The translations under genes and the position numbers were made by a program. Shown here one piece after another: positions 17,327 through 25,228 of a stretch of 32,000 bases of DNA. This DNA is from Candidatus Nitrospira inopinata (GTDB lineage Bacteria > Nitrospirota > Nitrospiria > Nitrospirales > Nitrospiraceae). A model generated the notes under the pieces. It was not told the DNA's origin and made no database searches. It saw only the letters and a program-made list of their open reading frames with translations. Each line of letters begins with the position of its first letter. Position 1 is the stretch's first letter. The stretch is from the NCBI RefSeq assembly GCF_001458695.1, contig NZ_LN885086.1, positions 2,880,001 through 2,912,000 of the forward strand, written 5' to 3'.

Positions 17327-17680
17327 CTATTTATCCCTCAACTGAGCCCTGTATTTCGACAACGGGTTGCCAGCCGCCTCGACGGCCCTCATCAACGTGT
17401 CCACGTTTGTCTTCTGTGGATCAAACGTCACTGACGCGTGGGCATCAGAATAATCGGGGAACACGATCCACTTTTTTCCCGTGCTGAGTCCTACCTCGCT
17501 GACGCCAGGCACTTTGGCTAGGGCGGCTTTGACATCCTTGACGCACCCCCCGCAGGTCATCCCGTCAATCTGCAAAGTGACTGTCTGCTGGCTTTGGCCT
17601 CCAGCCACAAGTCCCTGGAAACCAGCCAGGCTCACGGTCACAACACCGATCACGATCATCGTGTGAACGAGTCTCCACAT
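17327..17680 (-). CDS. merP: Periplasmic heavy-metal-associated (HMA) protein, MerP-like
   Basis: Signal/anchor MWRLVHTMIVIGVVTVSLAG, then an HMA fold with GMTCGGC. It lies directly downstream of merT. The start is placed at ATG 17680, 9 nt after AGGAGG. Confidence 0.8.
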   Translation of the reverse strand: MWRLVHTMIVIGVVTVSLAGFQGLVAGGQSQQTVTLQIDGMTCGGCVKDVKAALAKVPGVSEVGLSTGKKWIVFPDYSDAHASVTFDPQKTNVDTLMRAVEAAGNPLSKYRAQLRDK

Positions 17681-17779
17681 AGTCGGTTTCCTCCTATCCA
17701 TCGCCTCGCTTCCCCAGTAGGGAAAAGGACCGAACAAAAAGTGACGCCCAATAGCCCGCATCTCTCGCTTTCCGGAAAA

Positions 17780-18193
17780 TCATAGGCCCAACCAATACGG
17801 CGCTAGAACCAACACCAGTGCCAATGAGGCCATGATCCAAAGCCATGTCCTATTCCCACCGTTCGGATACCCTTGAGCGCACACTTCCCCTGGCGCACAT
17901 AACGCTGAGTTCGGCTTCCTATAAGCAAGATAAAAGCCGATGCCCAACAGAAGTATCGTCAGGCCGATGAAGGCCGATCGATACGGCAAGAGTCCCTTCA
18001 AGACTCCAGCCGTATCGGCTAAGAAACCCGTAGCCCCGACTCCCACACCAAGCGCCGCGAAGACCAGCGGTCCAATACAGCACACAGAAGCCAGCGACGC
18101 TGCGCTCAATCCACCAATCGAGAGTATCGTCACGGAGCCGCTTGGCGGTTTGGACCCGGAAGCGCGTTCCTGATTCGGACGCATGACCATCAT
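17780..18193 (-). CDS. merT: Mercuric ion transport protein MerT-like
   Basis: It has a vicinal Cys pair in the first TM helix (ASVCCIGPLVFAALG) and a second Cys pair in the loop (LCAPGEVCA). Both match the MerT pattern CC...C.PGEVC. It has three hydrophobic helices. The first ATG overlaps the merR stop (ATGA). ATGs at 18190 and 18184 are alternative starts. Confidence 0.8.
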   Translation of the reverse strand: MMVMRPNQERASGSKPPSGSVTILSIGGLSAASLASVCCIGPLVFAALGVGVGATGFLADTAGVLKGLLPYRSAFIGLTILLLGIGFYLAYRKPNSALCAPGEVCAQGYPNGGNRTWLWIMASLALVLVLAPYWLGL

Positions 18194-18627
18194 CTCCTTG
18201 TTTTGCGCCCTACCTGCCCTCCTATTTCCTTATCCAGTCTATTAAGAATCGGGCAGCGATCGGTCGGCTCTCCAGCTCGGCACGTGCGGATCAAGCTTTT
18301 GAGCGCCCGCGAGAGCGCCAGTAGATCCCGTGTCTTCGCCTCCACCTGTCTGAGCTTTGCCTGTGCCTTTACCTGAATGGTCCCACACCGTGCGACTGAG
18401 CTGACCCGGAGATTCAGTAAGTCAGTGACCTCGCGAAGGGTAAAGCCCAACGCCTGCGCATTCTTGATGAAGCGCAGTCGCCTCAACGCCTCGTCAGAGT
18501 ACACTCGGTATCCAGACGCTTTACGGTCTGTCGGCTGGAGTAGGTTGCGGCGCTCATAGTAGCGAACGGTCTGCGCGTTCACGCTCGCCATCTTGGCAAG
18601 TTGTCCGATCGTCAGTTCCAAGGCCAT
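18190..18627 (-). CDS. merR: MerR-family metalloregulator with the Hg(II)-type three-cysteine pattern
   Basis: N-terminal HTH LTIGQLAKMASVNAQTVRYYERRNLL is followed by a coiled coil. Cys occur at ARCGT, IRTCRAG and DRCP; the last two are 9 residues apart, as in Tn501/Tn21 MerR. The start is placed at ATG 18627, 7 nt after AGAGGG and just downstream of the promoter at 18647-18678. Confidence 0.85.
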   Translation of the reverse strand: MALELTIGQLAKMASVNAQTVRYYERRNLLQPTDRKASGYRVYSDEALRRLRFIKNAQALGFTLREVTDLLNLRVSSVARCGTIQVKAQAKLRQVEAKTRDLLALSRALKSLIRTCRAGEPTDRCPILNRLDKEIGGQVGRKTRR

Positions 18628-18646
18628 AGCGTAACCCTCTTGTCGA

Positions 18647-18678
18647 ATGGTAAACCCTCTACCATGGTACCGAGTCAA
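18647..18678 (-). promoter_or_regulatory. MerR-type promoter/operator with an over-long spacer containing a palindrome
   Basis: Minus-strand read: TTGACT-CGGTACCATGGTAGAGGGTT-TACCAT. The -35 is at 18673-18678 and the -10 at 18647-18652, giving a 19-20 nt spacer depending on -10 register. The perfect 10-bp palindrome TACCATGGTA (18660-18669) sits inside the spacer. The merR ATG is about 20 nt downstream. Confidence 0.6.
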
Positions 18679-18991
18679 TGGGATACAGGTACTGCGTCTA
18701 CCATGACGATTACTCTGTTGTCCGATTACCGCCTACTGCTTCACCACCCGAGGAACCGCCACCGTAATCCGCTTTCATTTCCATCCTTCAGAAGCGGGAC
18801 ACTTTCATCAAGGTTTCGCAGACAGGTGCCTTCTCGCGTCACAACCAGTTGGAGCAGTCCTGAGACCTTTCACACGAACCCACCATGAGTCTCTCTCACC
18901 GACAAGAAGCGCGGCCCAAGAACGTGTGTGCGGCTGACAGGCGTCTGCGAAAGGACCATCGACGAGCGGCGAGAAGATCTGAGCCGGAGCC

Positions 18992-19465
18992 TCACAGCGG
19001 CCAGCCTTGATCCGCAAAACTATAGAGACGGTCGTCACCGAGAATGAGATGGTCGAGTAGCCTGATCCCCAGTAAGTCTCCAGCTTCCCGCAGTCGTGTG
19101 GTGAGCGTCCGATCCTCGACGCTCGGCGTGGGATCGCCGGAAGGGTGGTTGTGCACGGCAATGATCGCGCAGGCATTCAAGAGGATCGCCGGTTTGAAGA
19201 CTTCACGCGGATGCACAATGCTGAGAGTGAGCGAGCCGATCGAGACGATATTCACGCCGATGCTGACATTCTTGGCATCGAGACAACAGACGAGGAACTG
19301 CTCGCGATCGAGACCTACAAAGCATGGACGTAGCGCTGCGGCCGCCGCAGCAGAATCGCGAAGAAGACCGCAGGGAGCGGTGTGACCACCCTCAGGTACG
19401 AGCGTGACCCGGTAGCGTGGAATGAACTGTGGAACGGAAAGTCGGTTGACGGATTGTCTGGCCAT
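18992..19465 (-). CDS. radC: RadC-like JAB/MPN-domain protein (short form, 157 aa)
   Basis: It carries the JAMM motif AIIAVHNHPSGDPTPSVEDRTLTTRL and the conserved C-terminal LLDHLILG. The start is placed at ATG 19465, 8 nt after AGGAGG. It lacks the N-terminal HhH region of long RadC proteins. Confidence 0.8.
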   Translation of the reverse strand: MARQSVNRLSVPQFIPRYRVTLVPEGGHTAPCGLLRDSAAAAAALRPCFVGLDREQFLVCCLDAKNVSIGVNIVSIGSLTLSIVHPREVFKPAILLNACAIIAVHNHPSGDPTPSVEDRTLTTRLREAGDLLGIRLLDHLILGDDRLYSFADQGWPL

Positions 19466-20175
19466 GGTGGCACCTCCTGCATGTTGAACGAACTGGCGCT
19501 TTCGCAGAGACCGAAGCGCCAGGGCAGGACAACGGAGGTGACAGGGGGAGGACTGCCGAAGAAGCACGGGCGAATGAGCAATCAGCGGCGGCCGTGACAG
19601 ATCTGCGCTGGCGCGGGCGCTGCGTCAGACGATCAGTGCGCGGCAGGACATCGGCCTTCCATGGCCGAACAAGTCCGTTCGATCGACGATGACCGATGAC
19701 CGCGCCTGTTCCAGAGCGATGGGACATGGACGGAGTGCCGCAACTGGCAGAGCGGAAGAGGATCAGAAAGAGAAGCTACATCGATGTGGAACCGAGCATG
19801 AATCGAGTGATGGAGACCTTTGCAGGGATTGATCCCAAGCACGAGAAGCGCTGAGCGGCTCACAGCAACCTCACATGCCGATGCGCGTCGCATCGTTCCC
19901 TTCAGGCAACAAGGGCGCTGCTTCATTCAGCTTCAGAAAGAAGTGCGAGCTGACCGTTCGATGGCGGAGACCGTTCTCTGCCGTAACGGCACAGGCATGC
20001 CCCTTCATTCTCGCCGACACAATCCAATCATGTGATCGCCGCAGCTACGTAGTTCCCACAGGCTTGCACTAAAAACTGAACCTCACTACATGTCACCCCC
20101 GTTTGGCGATGAGTGCGCGCACACAAGGCGCTGCAAACTCGCCACAGAGGCCACTTCACAGAAAGGAAGGGGAAG

Positions 20176-20535
20176 ATGGAAGAGGTGATGTCGAGGGTAG
20201 ATGTGACACAGGAGAGGACGTCAGGTACAGGGGCCTTGAGAGGGGCCAGCCGAGGGAATGGACGTCTGATGGCGGCCGCCTCTTGGCTGCTCGGGGTGGT
20301 CATCCTGTTGGAATCGGACCCGGCCTGGGCCCAGATCACCAAGGTGAACACCGTGATGCAGAACGTGCAAACGGTCCTGACGAGTGTGGCGGTGACGCTC
20401 TTTACCGTCGCCATCATGTGGGCGGGGTTCAAGATGGCCTTCAGCCATGCCCAATGGTCCGACGTGAGTAACGTCGTGATCGGCGGCATCTTGGTGGGCG
20501 GCGCCGCGGGCATCGCGGCCTGGTTGATCAACTAA
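20176..20535 (+). CDS. virB2: T4SS pilin, VirB2/TrbC family
   Basis: It has a long leader ending in AWA-Q, followed by two hydrophobic helices (VAVTLFTVAIMWAGF, VVIGGILVGGAAGIAAWLI). It is the first gene of the operon. ATG 20176 follows GAAAGGAAGGGGAAG. Confidence 0.75.
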   Translation: MEEVMSRVDVTQERTSGTGALRGASRGNGRLMAAASWLLGVVILLESDPAWAQITKVNTVMQNVQTVLTSVAVTLFTVAIMWAGFKMAFSHAQWSDVSNVVIGGILVGGAAGIAAWLIN

Positions 20536-20536
20536 C

Positions 20537-20869
20537 ATGGACGGCTTTCGCGATCCCATCTTCACCGGTTGCACGAGGCCCGCGATGTTGGGCGGCGTGC
20601 CGCTCGTGCCGCTGATTCTGATCGGTGGCCTGACTCTGTTGATGTCGGTCTGGCTGTACTACCTCGTGAGCGGCTACGTCTCCCTGGGACTCGTGCTGAT
20701 CACGATTCCCATTGTGCTCTGGATGCGCCAGACGACGAAAATGGACGATCAGCGCTTGCGCCAAATGATGATGCGGGCGCGGATGCGACTTCGGCACGGA
20801 CCGAGCCGCGCGACGTGGGGCGCCATTTCCTATGGCCCCCTGTCATGGAAGACCAGACGTTCATCGTGA
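20537..20869 (+). CDS. virB3: T4SS protein VirB3
   Basis: It has the N-terminal motif DPIFTGCTRPAMLGGVP followed by TM helices. It is about 110 aa and sits immediately upstream of virB4. Confidence 0.8.
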   Translation: MDGFRDPIFTGCTRPAMLGGVPLVPLILIGGLTLLMSVWLYYLVSGYVSLGLVLITIPIVLWMRQTTKMDDQRLRQMMMRARMRLRHGPSRATWGAISYGPLSWKTRRSS

Positions 20870-20886
20870 AAGAGCTGAGGTGCTGA

Positions 20887-23382
20887 GTGTTCTCAATGCT
20901 GCAGGCTGAACAAAGACAAAGTATGAGAACTAGAGCCGCCCTCACACAAGCCGCAGCCGCGCAGATTCCCGCGAGCGACTATATCCCGCTGGGCACGGCG
21001 ATCACGCCCACCGTCATCACCTTGACCGGCGGCGAATACCTGGCCTGTTGGAAGCTGGATGGGATCACGTTCGAAACAGCGGACCGTTCAGAAGTCCTGC
21101 TACGCAAGGAAGCGCTCCACCAGTTTCTCCGATCTTTGGGCGGCGGTTCCTTCGCCGTCTGGTCGCATAAAATTCGGCGTGTCGTGACCGAGCGGTTGCA
21201 TGGCACCTCGCCTAATCCGTTCTGCCAAAGCTTGAGCGATCGTTACTATCAGTCCTTCACTCAGCACCGACAAATGGCGACGGAGCTGTACCTGTCCCTG
21301 CTCTACCGACCGTTTCCTTCCAAGGTCGCGAGCTTCTTCACTCGCATGTCCACGCGCACCCTGGCCCAACGACGAGAGCATGAGACCGCACAGCTGACCA
21401 TCCTAGAAGACATGGGCAAACAGCTCGAAGCGAGTCTGAGTCGCTATGGGCCCACCCGCCTCGGCACCCATGTGAAACAGGACATCCTGTACTCCGACCA
21501 GCTAGCCTTTCTGAGCTACCTCATCAACGGAGTGTGGGAGGAAATCCCCCTGCGCCCGGCACCGCTGGCCTCGTACCTCCCCTCGTCTCGCCTGCACTTC
21601 GGCGACCGGACGGGCATGATGGAAATCTGGCACCCGCGCGAGCGGAAATTCGCCGGGTTTCTCGACATGCAGGAGTACCCGCCGTTCTCTGAGCCGGGCA
21701 TGAACAACGGCCTGCTCTATAGCGACGCCGAGTACATCGAGACCCAGAGCTTTTCATGCCTCAACAAGCGCGCAGCTCTCAAATCGCTCGCCACCCAGAA
21801 AGGACACTTGATCGCCTCGGAAGACGCGGCGACGCGTGAGATCGAACAGATGGACCAGGCCGCGGACGATCTGCAGAGCGGACTCATCGATCTGGGCCAG
21901 TACCATTACAGCCTGGCGATCTTTGGCCACAGGATGGAATCGGTCAGCACCGCGCTCGCCGACGCCCGGGCCGTCTTTCAGGACGGGCCGGGGTTCAAGA
22001 TGGCGCGGGTCGATGTGATCCCCGAATGTGCCTGGTTCGCCCAGATCCCGGGCAACTGGAGCCTGCGACCGCGCGAAGCCGTCATCACCAGCCGGAACTT
22101 TGTCTGTCTCAGTCCCTTTCACAACTTCGCCCGTGGCAAACGAGCAGGCAATCCCTGGGGCGAAGCCTTGGCCCTGTTCAAGACTCCAAGCGGGCAGCCG
22201 TACTATTTTAATTTCCACGTGTCACCGGAGGACCGTGATTCACGCGACGAGAAGTATCCGGGCAACACCTTTATCTGCGGCAGCACCGGGGTAGGCAAGA
22301 CTGCGTTGGAACTGAGCCTCTTGGCCTTCGCGACCAAGTACCAGGGACTCCGCTGTGTGGTTTTCGACAAAGATCGCGGCGCGGAGATCGGAATCCGAGC
22401 CATGGGTGGGACGTATCAGTCCCTGAAACGTGGCATGCCGACCGGCTTTAATCCCTTGCAGCTCGAACCCAACCCTAACAACTGGCAATTCTGCGAACAG
22501 CTCGTGGCCCAACTCGTGAAGCAGCCTGGTAACGAGATTCCACAGCTCACCGCGAAGGAGCAGAGCGAGATCAGCCATGCCGTGCGGACTGTGATGAGTG
22601 AATCGGTCTCACCGGACCTGCGTTGTGTGTCCCTCCTCCGCCAGAATCTGCCTGCGACTGGCGACCAGAGTGTGAGGGCACGGTTGAAGCGATGGACCCG
22701 TGGTCACGCGCTGGGCTGGGCCTTCGACAATCCAAACGATACACACGAGATCAGCGGCGCACGATTATTTGGCTACGACTATACGGACTTTCTGGACGAT
22801 CCCGAAGTTCGCACCCCGATCATGGCCTATCTACTCCATCTCACCGAACGGCTGATCACGGGCGAGCCCTTCATCTATGTCATGGAGGAATTCTGGAAGC
22901 CGCTGCAGGACCCGCTGTTCGCAGACTTCGCCTTCAACAAACAAAAGACCATCCGCAAACAAGCCGGCCTCGGCGTCTTTGTGACGCAATCGCCCTCGGA
23001 CGTACTGCGACACCCGATCGGCAAAACGATGGTGGAGCAAAGCGTGACCCAGATCTTCTTACCCAATCCGCGTGCCGATCATGATGACTATGTCCAAGGC
23101 TTCAAGGTTACGGAAGCGGAATTTCACATCATCAAAAACCTCGGGGAAGCAAGCCGTCTGTTTTTGGTAAAGCAGGGCCACAGCTCGGCGATCGTGCAAT
23201 TCGACCTGGGTGGCATGACGGATCTGTTGAATGTCCTCTCCGGCACGACCGACAACGTGACGCTGCTGGATACGATCAGAAAGGAAGTGGGCGACGATCC
23301 CACAGACTGGCTCCCCCTATTCCATGAACGCATCGCGGCGCGGAAACGTCTCCGGCACGAGCACGAAAGAGGAGTCGTGTAG
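20887..23382 (+). CDS. virB4: T4SS ATPase VirB4
   Basis: 831 aa with Walker A GSTGVGKT. It has CagE/TrbE/VirB4 architecture and sits after virB3. ATG 20896 is an alternative to GTG 20887. Confidence 0.92.
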   Translation: MFSMLQAEQRQSMRTRAALTQAAAAQIPASDYIPLGTAITPTVITLTGGEYLACWKLDGITFETADRSEVLLRKEALHQFLRSLGGGSFAVWSHKIRRVVTERLHGTSPNPFCQSLSDRYYQSFTQHRQMATELYLSLLYRPFPSKVASFFTRMSTRTLAQRREHETAQLTILEDMGKQLEASLSRYGPTRLGTHVKQDILYSDQLAFLSYLINGVWEEIPLRPAPLASYLPSSRLHFGDRTGMMEIWHPRERKFAGFLDMQEYPPFSEPGMNNGLLYSDAEYIETQSFSCLNKRAALKSLATQKGHLIASEDAATREIEQMDQAADDLQSGLIDLGQYHYSLAIFGHRMESVSTALADARAVFQDGPGFKMARVDVIPECAWFAQIPGNWSLRPREAVITSRNFVCLSPFHNFARGKRAGNPWGEALALFKTPSGQPYYFNFHVSPEDRDSRDEKYPGNTFICGSTGVGKTALELSLLAFATKYQGLRCVVFDKDRGAEIGIRAMGGTYQSLKRGMPTGFNPLQLEPNPNNWQFCEQLVAQLVKQPGNEIPQLTAKEQSEISHAVRTVMSESVSPDLRCVSLLRQNLPATGDQSVRARLKRWTRGHALGWAFDNPNDTHEISGARLFGYDYTDFLDDPEVRTPIMAYLLHLTERLITGEPFIYVMEEFWKPLQDPLFADFAFNKQKTIRKQAGLGVFVTQSPSDVLRHPIGKTMVEQSVTQIFLPNPRADHDDYVQGFKVTEAEFHIIKNLGEASRLFLVKQGHSSAIVQFDLGGMTDLLNVLSGTTDNVTLLDTIRKEVGDDPTDWLPLFHERIAARKRLRHEHERGVV

Positions 23383-23391
23383 AGCAACCCC

Positions 23392-24435
23392 ATGGGCATG
23401 GCGACCTACATCGAACAGTCGGTGAACAACGCGTTGGACCACTATGTCGTGACCTCCAGCGATGCCGTGATCGGAGTGCTCACGCCGGTCGCCGTAGGCG
23501 CCATGACGCTCTATGTGATGTGGACCGGGTTTCAAGTCATGCGTGGCGATGTGCAGGAACCAGTCACCGCGCTCGTCTGGCGATGGTTTCGCGTGGCGCT
23601 CATCACCGGGCTGACGTTGAACGGGCCGCAGTATCGGAGTCTCGTAAAGGACGGATTGGACGGGATTCAAGAGGCCTTTGCCTCCGCCTTCGGCGGAGTC
23701 CTCTCGATGGGAGGGACCATCGACCAGATGGCGGACCCCTTCACGACGCTCATGGAAACCCTGTTCACCGAAGCGAGTTCTGGATTGGTCCCGCAATTCT
23801 CACTTTTCATCGCGGGAGCAATCTGCGCCACGGCGTCGATCGTGATGGCCTTCGTCGCGATGGGACTCTTTCTCGTCGCGAAGGTGAGCCTCGCCCTGCT
23901 GCTCGCAGTCGGGCCGGCCTTCATCTTCTGTGCGATGTTTCCCGTGACACAGCGCTATGCGGAGAACTGGCTATCCAGCGCGCTGGTCGCCGTCTTCACC
24001 AATGTCCTCATCATGGCGGTCATCACGTTTCTCGCCAGCCTTCTACGAAATGCCTGTCTGCATGTGCTAAGTGCCTACTCCGCATCTTCGATCCTGGCAG
24101 ATGTCGTCGGCCTGCTGTTTCTCTCCATCACCGCCGCCTATATCTTGCTCCATGTTGCGTCCCTGGGAGCGAGTTTGGCCGGAGGCCTCTCGCTGGGGAA
24201 CCCCGGTGGGGATGCCACCAGGAGTGGGATGATGCTTTTGCATAGCGTCACGTCCGGTCTGAGTCGGTTAGTCCCGTTGGCCCTGTCCTCCACCGGCGGG
24301 TCTTTGAGTGGACCGCGAACCGGGGCGGCCCGCCTGCTGAGCGCGCTGCCTGCCGGGAATCCCCAGCCAGGGAGTGACCTCTATCAACGGGCCTCAATGG
24401 AGCGGTTACGCAATAGCGTCTCGCGAAAGGAGTAA
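23392..24435 (+). CDS. virB6: T4SS inner-membrane protein VirB6/TrbL family
   Basis: 347 aa polytopic membrane protein. It has the VirB6-like N-terminal periplasmic segment and 5-6 TM helices (LTPVAVGAMTLYVMWTGFQVMRG...). Confidence 0.8.
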   Translation: MGMATYIEQSVNNALDHYVVTSSDAVIGVLTPVAVGAMTLYVMWTGFQVMRGDVQEPVTALVWRWFRVALITGLTLNGPQYRSLVKDGLDGIQEAFASAFGGVLSMGGTIDQMADPFTTLMETLFTEASSGLVPQFSLFIAGAICATASIVMAFVAMGLFLVAKVSLALLLAVGPAFIFCAMFPVTQRYAENWLSSALVAVFTNVLIMAVITFLASLLRNACLHVLSAYSASSILADVVGLLFLSITAAYILLHVASLGASLAGGLSLGNPGGDATRSGMMLLHSVTSGLSRLVPLALSSTGGSLSGPRTGAARLLSALPAGNPQPGSDLYQRASMERLRNSVSRKE

Positions 24436-24438
24436 GAC

Positions 24439-25164
24439 ATGTCCCGCGTGAAACAAACAGTGATCGCGATTGGCTTGGTCCTGATGGTCGTCGTTGGTCC
24501 AGAGTCGAAATCCCAAGCCGGAGGGATTCCCGTCATCGACACGGCCAATCTCGTGCAATCCATCGTGCAAGCTCTCGCCTGGATCCAACAGTTCCAACAG
24601 ATGCAGCAACAGATCTTCCAAGCCGACCAGCAAATTCACGCGATCATCGGCTCGCGCAATATGGGCAGTCTCATGAACAACCTCACCCTCGCCGGTGTCG
24701 TCCCCTCCGACGTCAACGCCGTGTACCACGCCATTCGGTCCGGCGGGGTGCAGGGCTTGACTGCGGCGGCCCAGATCATCCGTCACAACCGCATGATCTA
24801 CAACTGTGAGGGCAAAACCGGTGATGCACTGCGCATCTGCCAGAACATGCTGAACCAAACGCCGCAAAGTCAGGCCTACTACGCGAACACCTATCAGATG
24901 TTGCTCGGACGGATGCAACAAATCCGGGCCTTGACGACCCGCATTAATCAGACCGAGGACGAAAAAGGGATTCTGGAACTCAATGGCCGGATCGCCGCCG
25001 AGCAAGCGCAGGTGAGCAACGACACGAATCGGATTCTGACGATGAAATCGATGATCGAGGCGGAAGAAAAAGCGGCACAACAGGAACAGCAGGAACGCGT
25101 CCTGAAGATGTTGGCCCCTGGCACGTCCCGGACCTTCGACCACATAACTCCCTGGACGCCCTAG
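24439..25164 (+). CDS. VirB5/TrbJ-like minor pilus/periplasmic component
   Basis: Signal peptide, then GGIPVIDTANLVQSIVQALAWIQQFQQMQQQI. This is the characteristic TrbJ/VirB5 N-terminal motif followed by a Q-rich helical bundle. 241 aa. Confidence 0.65.
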   Translation: MSRVKQTVIAIGLVLMVVVGPESKSQAGGIPVIDTANLVQSIVQALAWIQQFQQMQQQIFQADQQIHAIIGSRNMGSLMNNLTLAGVVPSDVNAVYHAIRSGGVQGLTAAAQIIRHNRMIYNCEGKTGDALRICQNMLNQTPQSQAYYANTYQMLLGRMQQIRALTTRINQTEDEKGILELNGRIAAEQAQVSNDTNRILTMKSMIEAEEKAAQQEQQERVLKMLAPGTSRTFDHITPWTP

Positions 25165-25228
25165 TCCTGCCCACAGGCAGGAGGCTGAAGGCGAGAGGCG
25201 TAAGGCAAGTGGCAAAAGGATAGAAACG

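Noticed and set aside
18601-18888. 95-aa plus-strand ORF spanning the mer promoter region, and minus ORF 18808-19176 overlapping the radC 3' end.
   Set aside because: - Neither has an RBS.
- The first runs antisense through the merR start and promoter.
- The second overlaps radC out of frame.
- Both have a low-complexity composition.
19633-20072. ORFs 19633-19926(-), 19820-20035(+) and 19875-20072(+) in the radC-virB2 gap, considered as possible small T4SS regulators.
   Set aside because: - They have no SD and mutually overlapping frames.
- No HTH or RHH-like pattern is recognisable.
- They are kept only as part of the unresolved-intergenic finding.
20028-20531. 167-aa minus-strand ORF opposite virB2, and the 20113 start of the virB2 ORF.
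   Set aside because: - The antisense ORF fully overlaps the pilin gene and has no motifs.
- The 20113 start adds a basic, non-signal leader with no RBS, whereas ATG 20176 follows a purine-rich SD.
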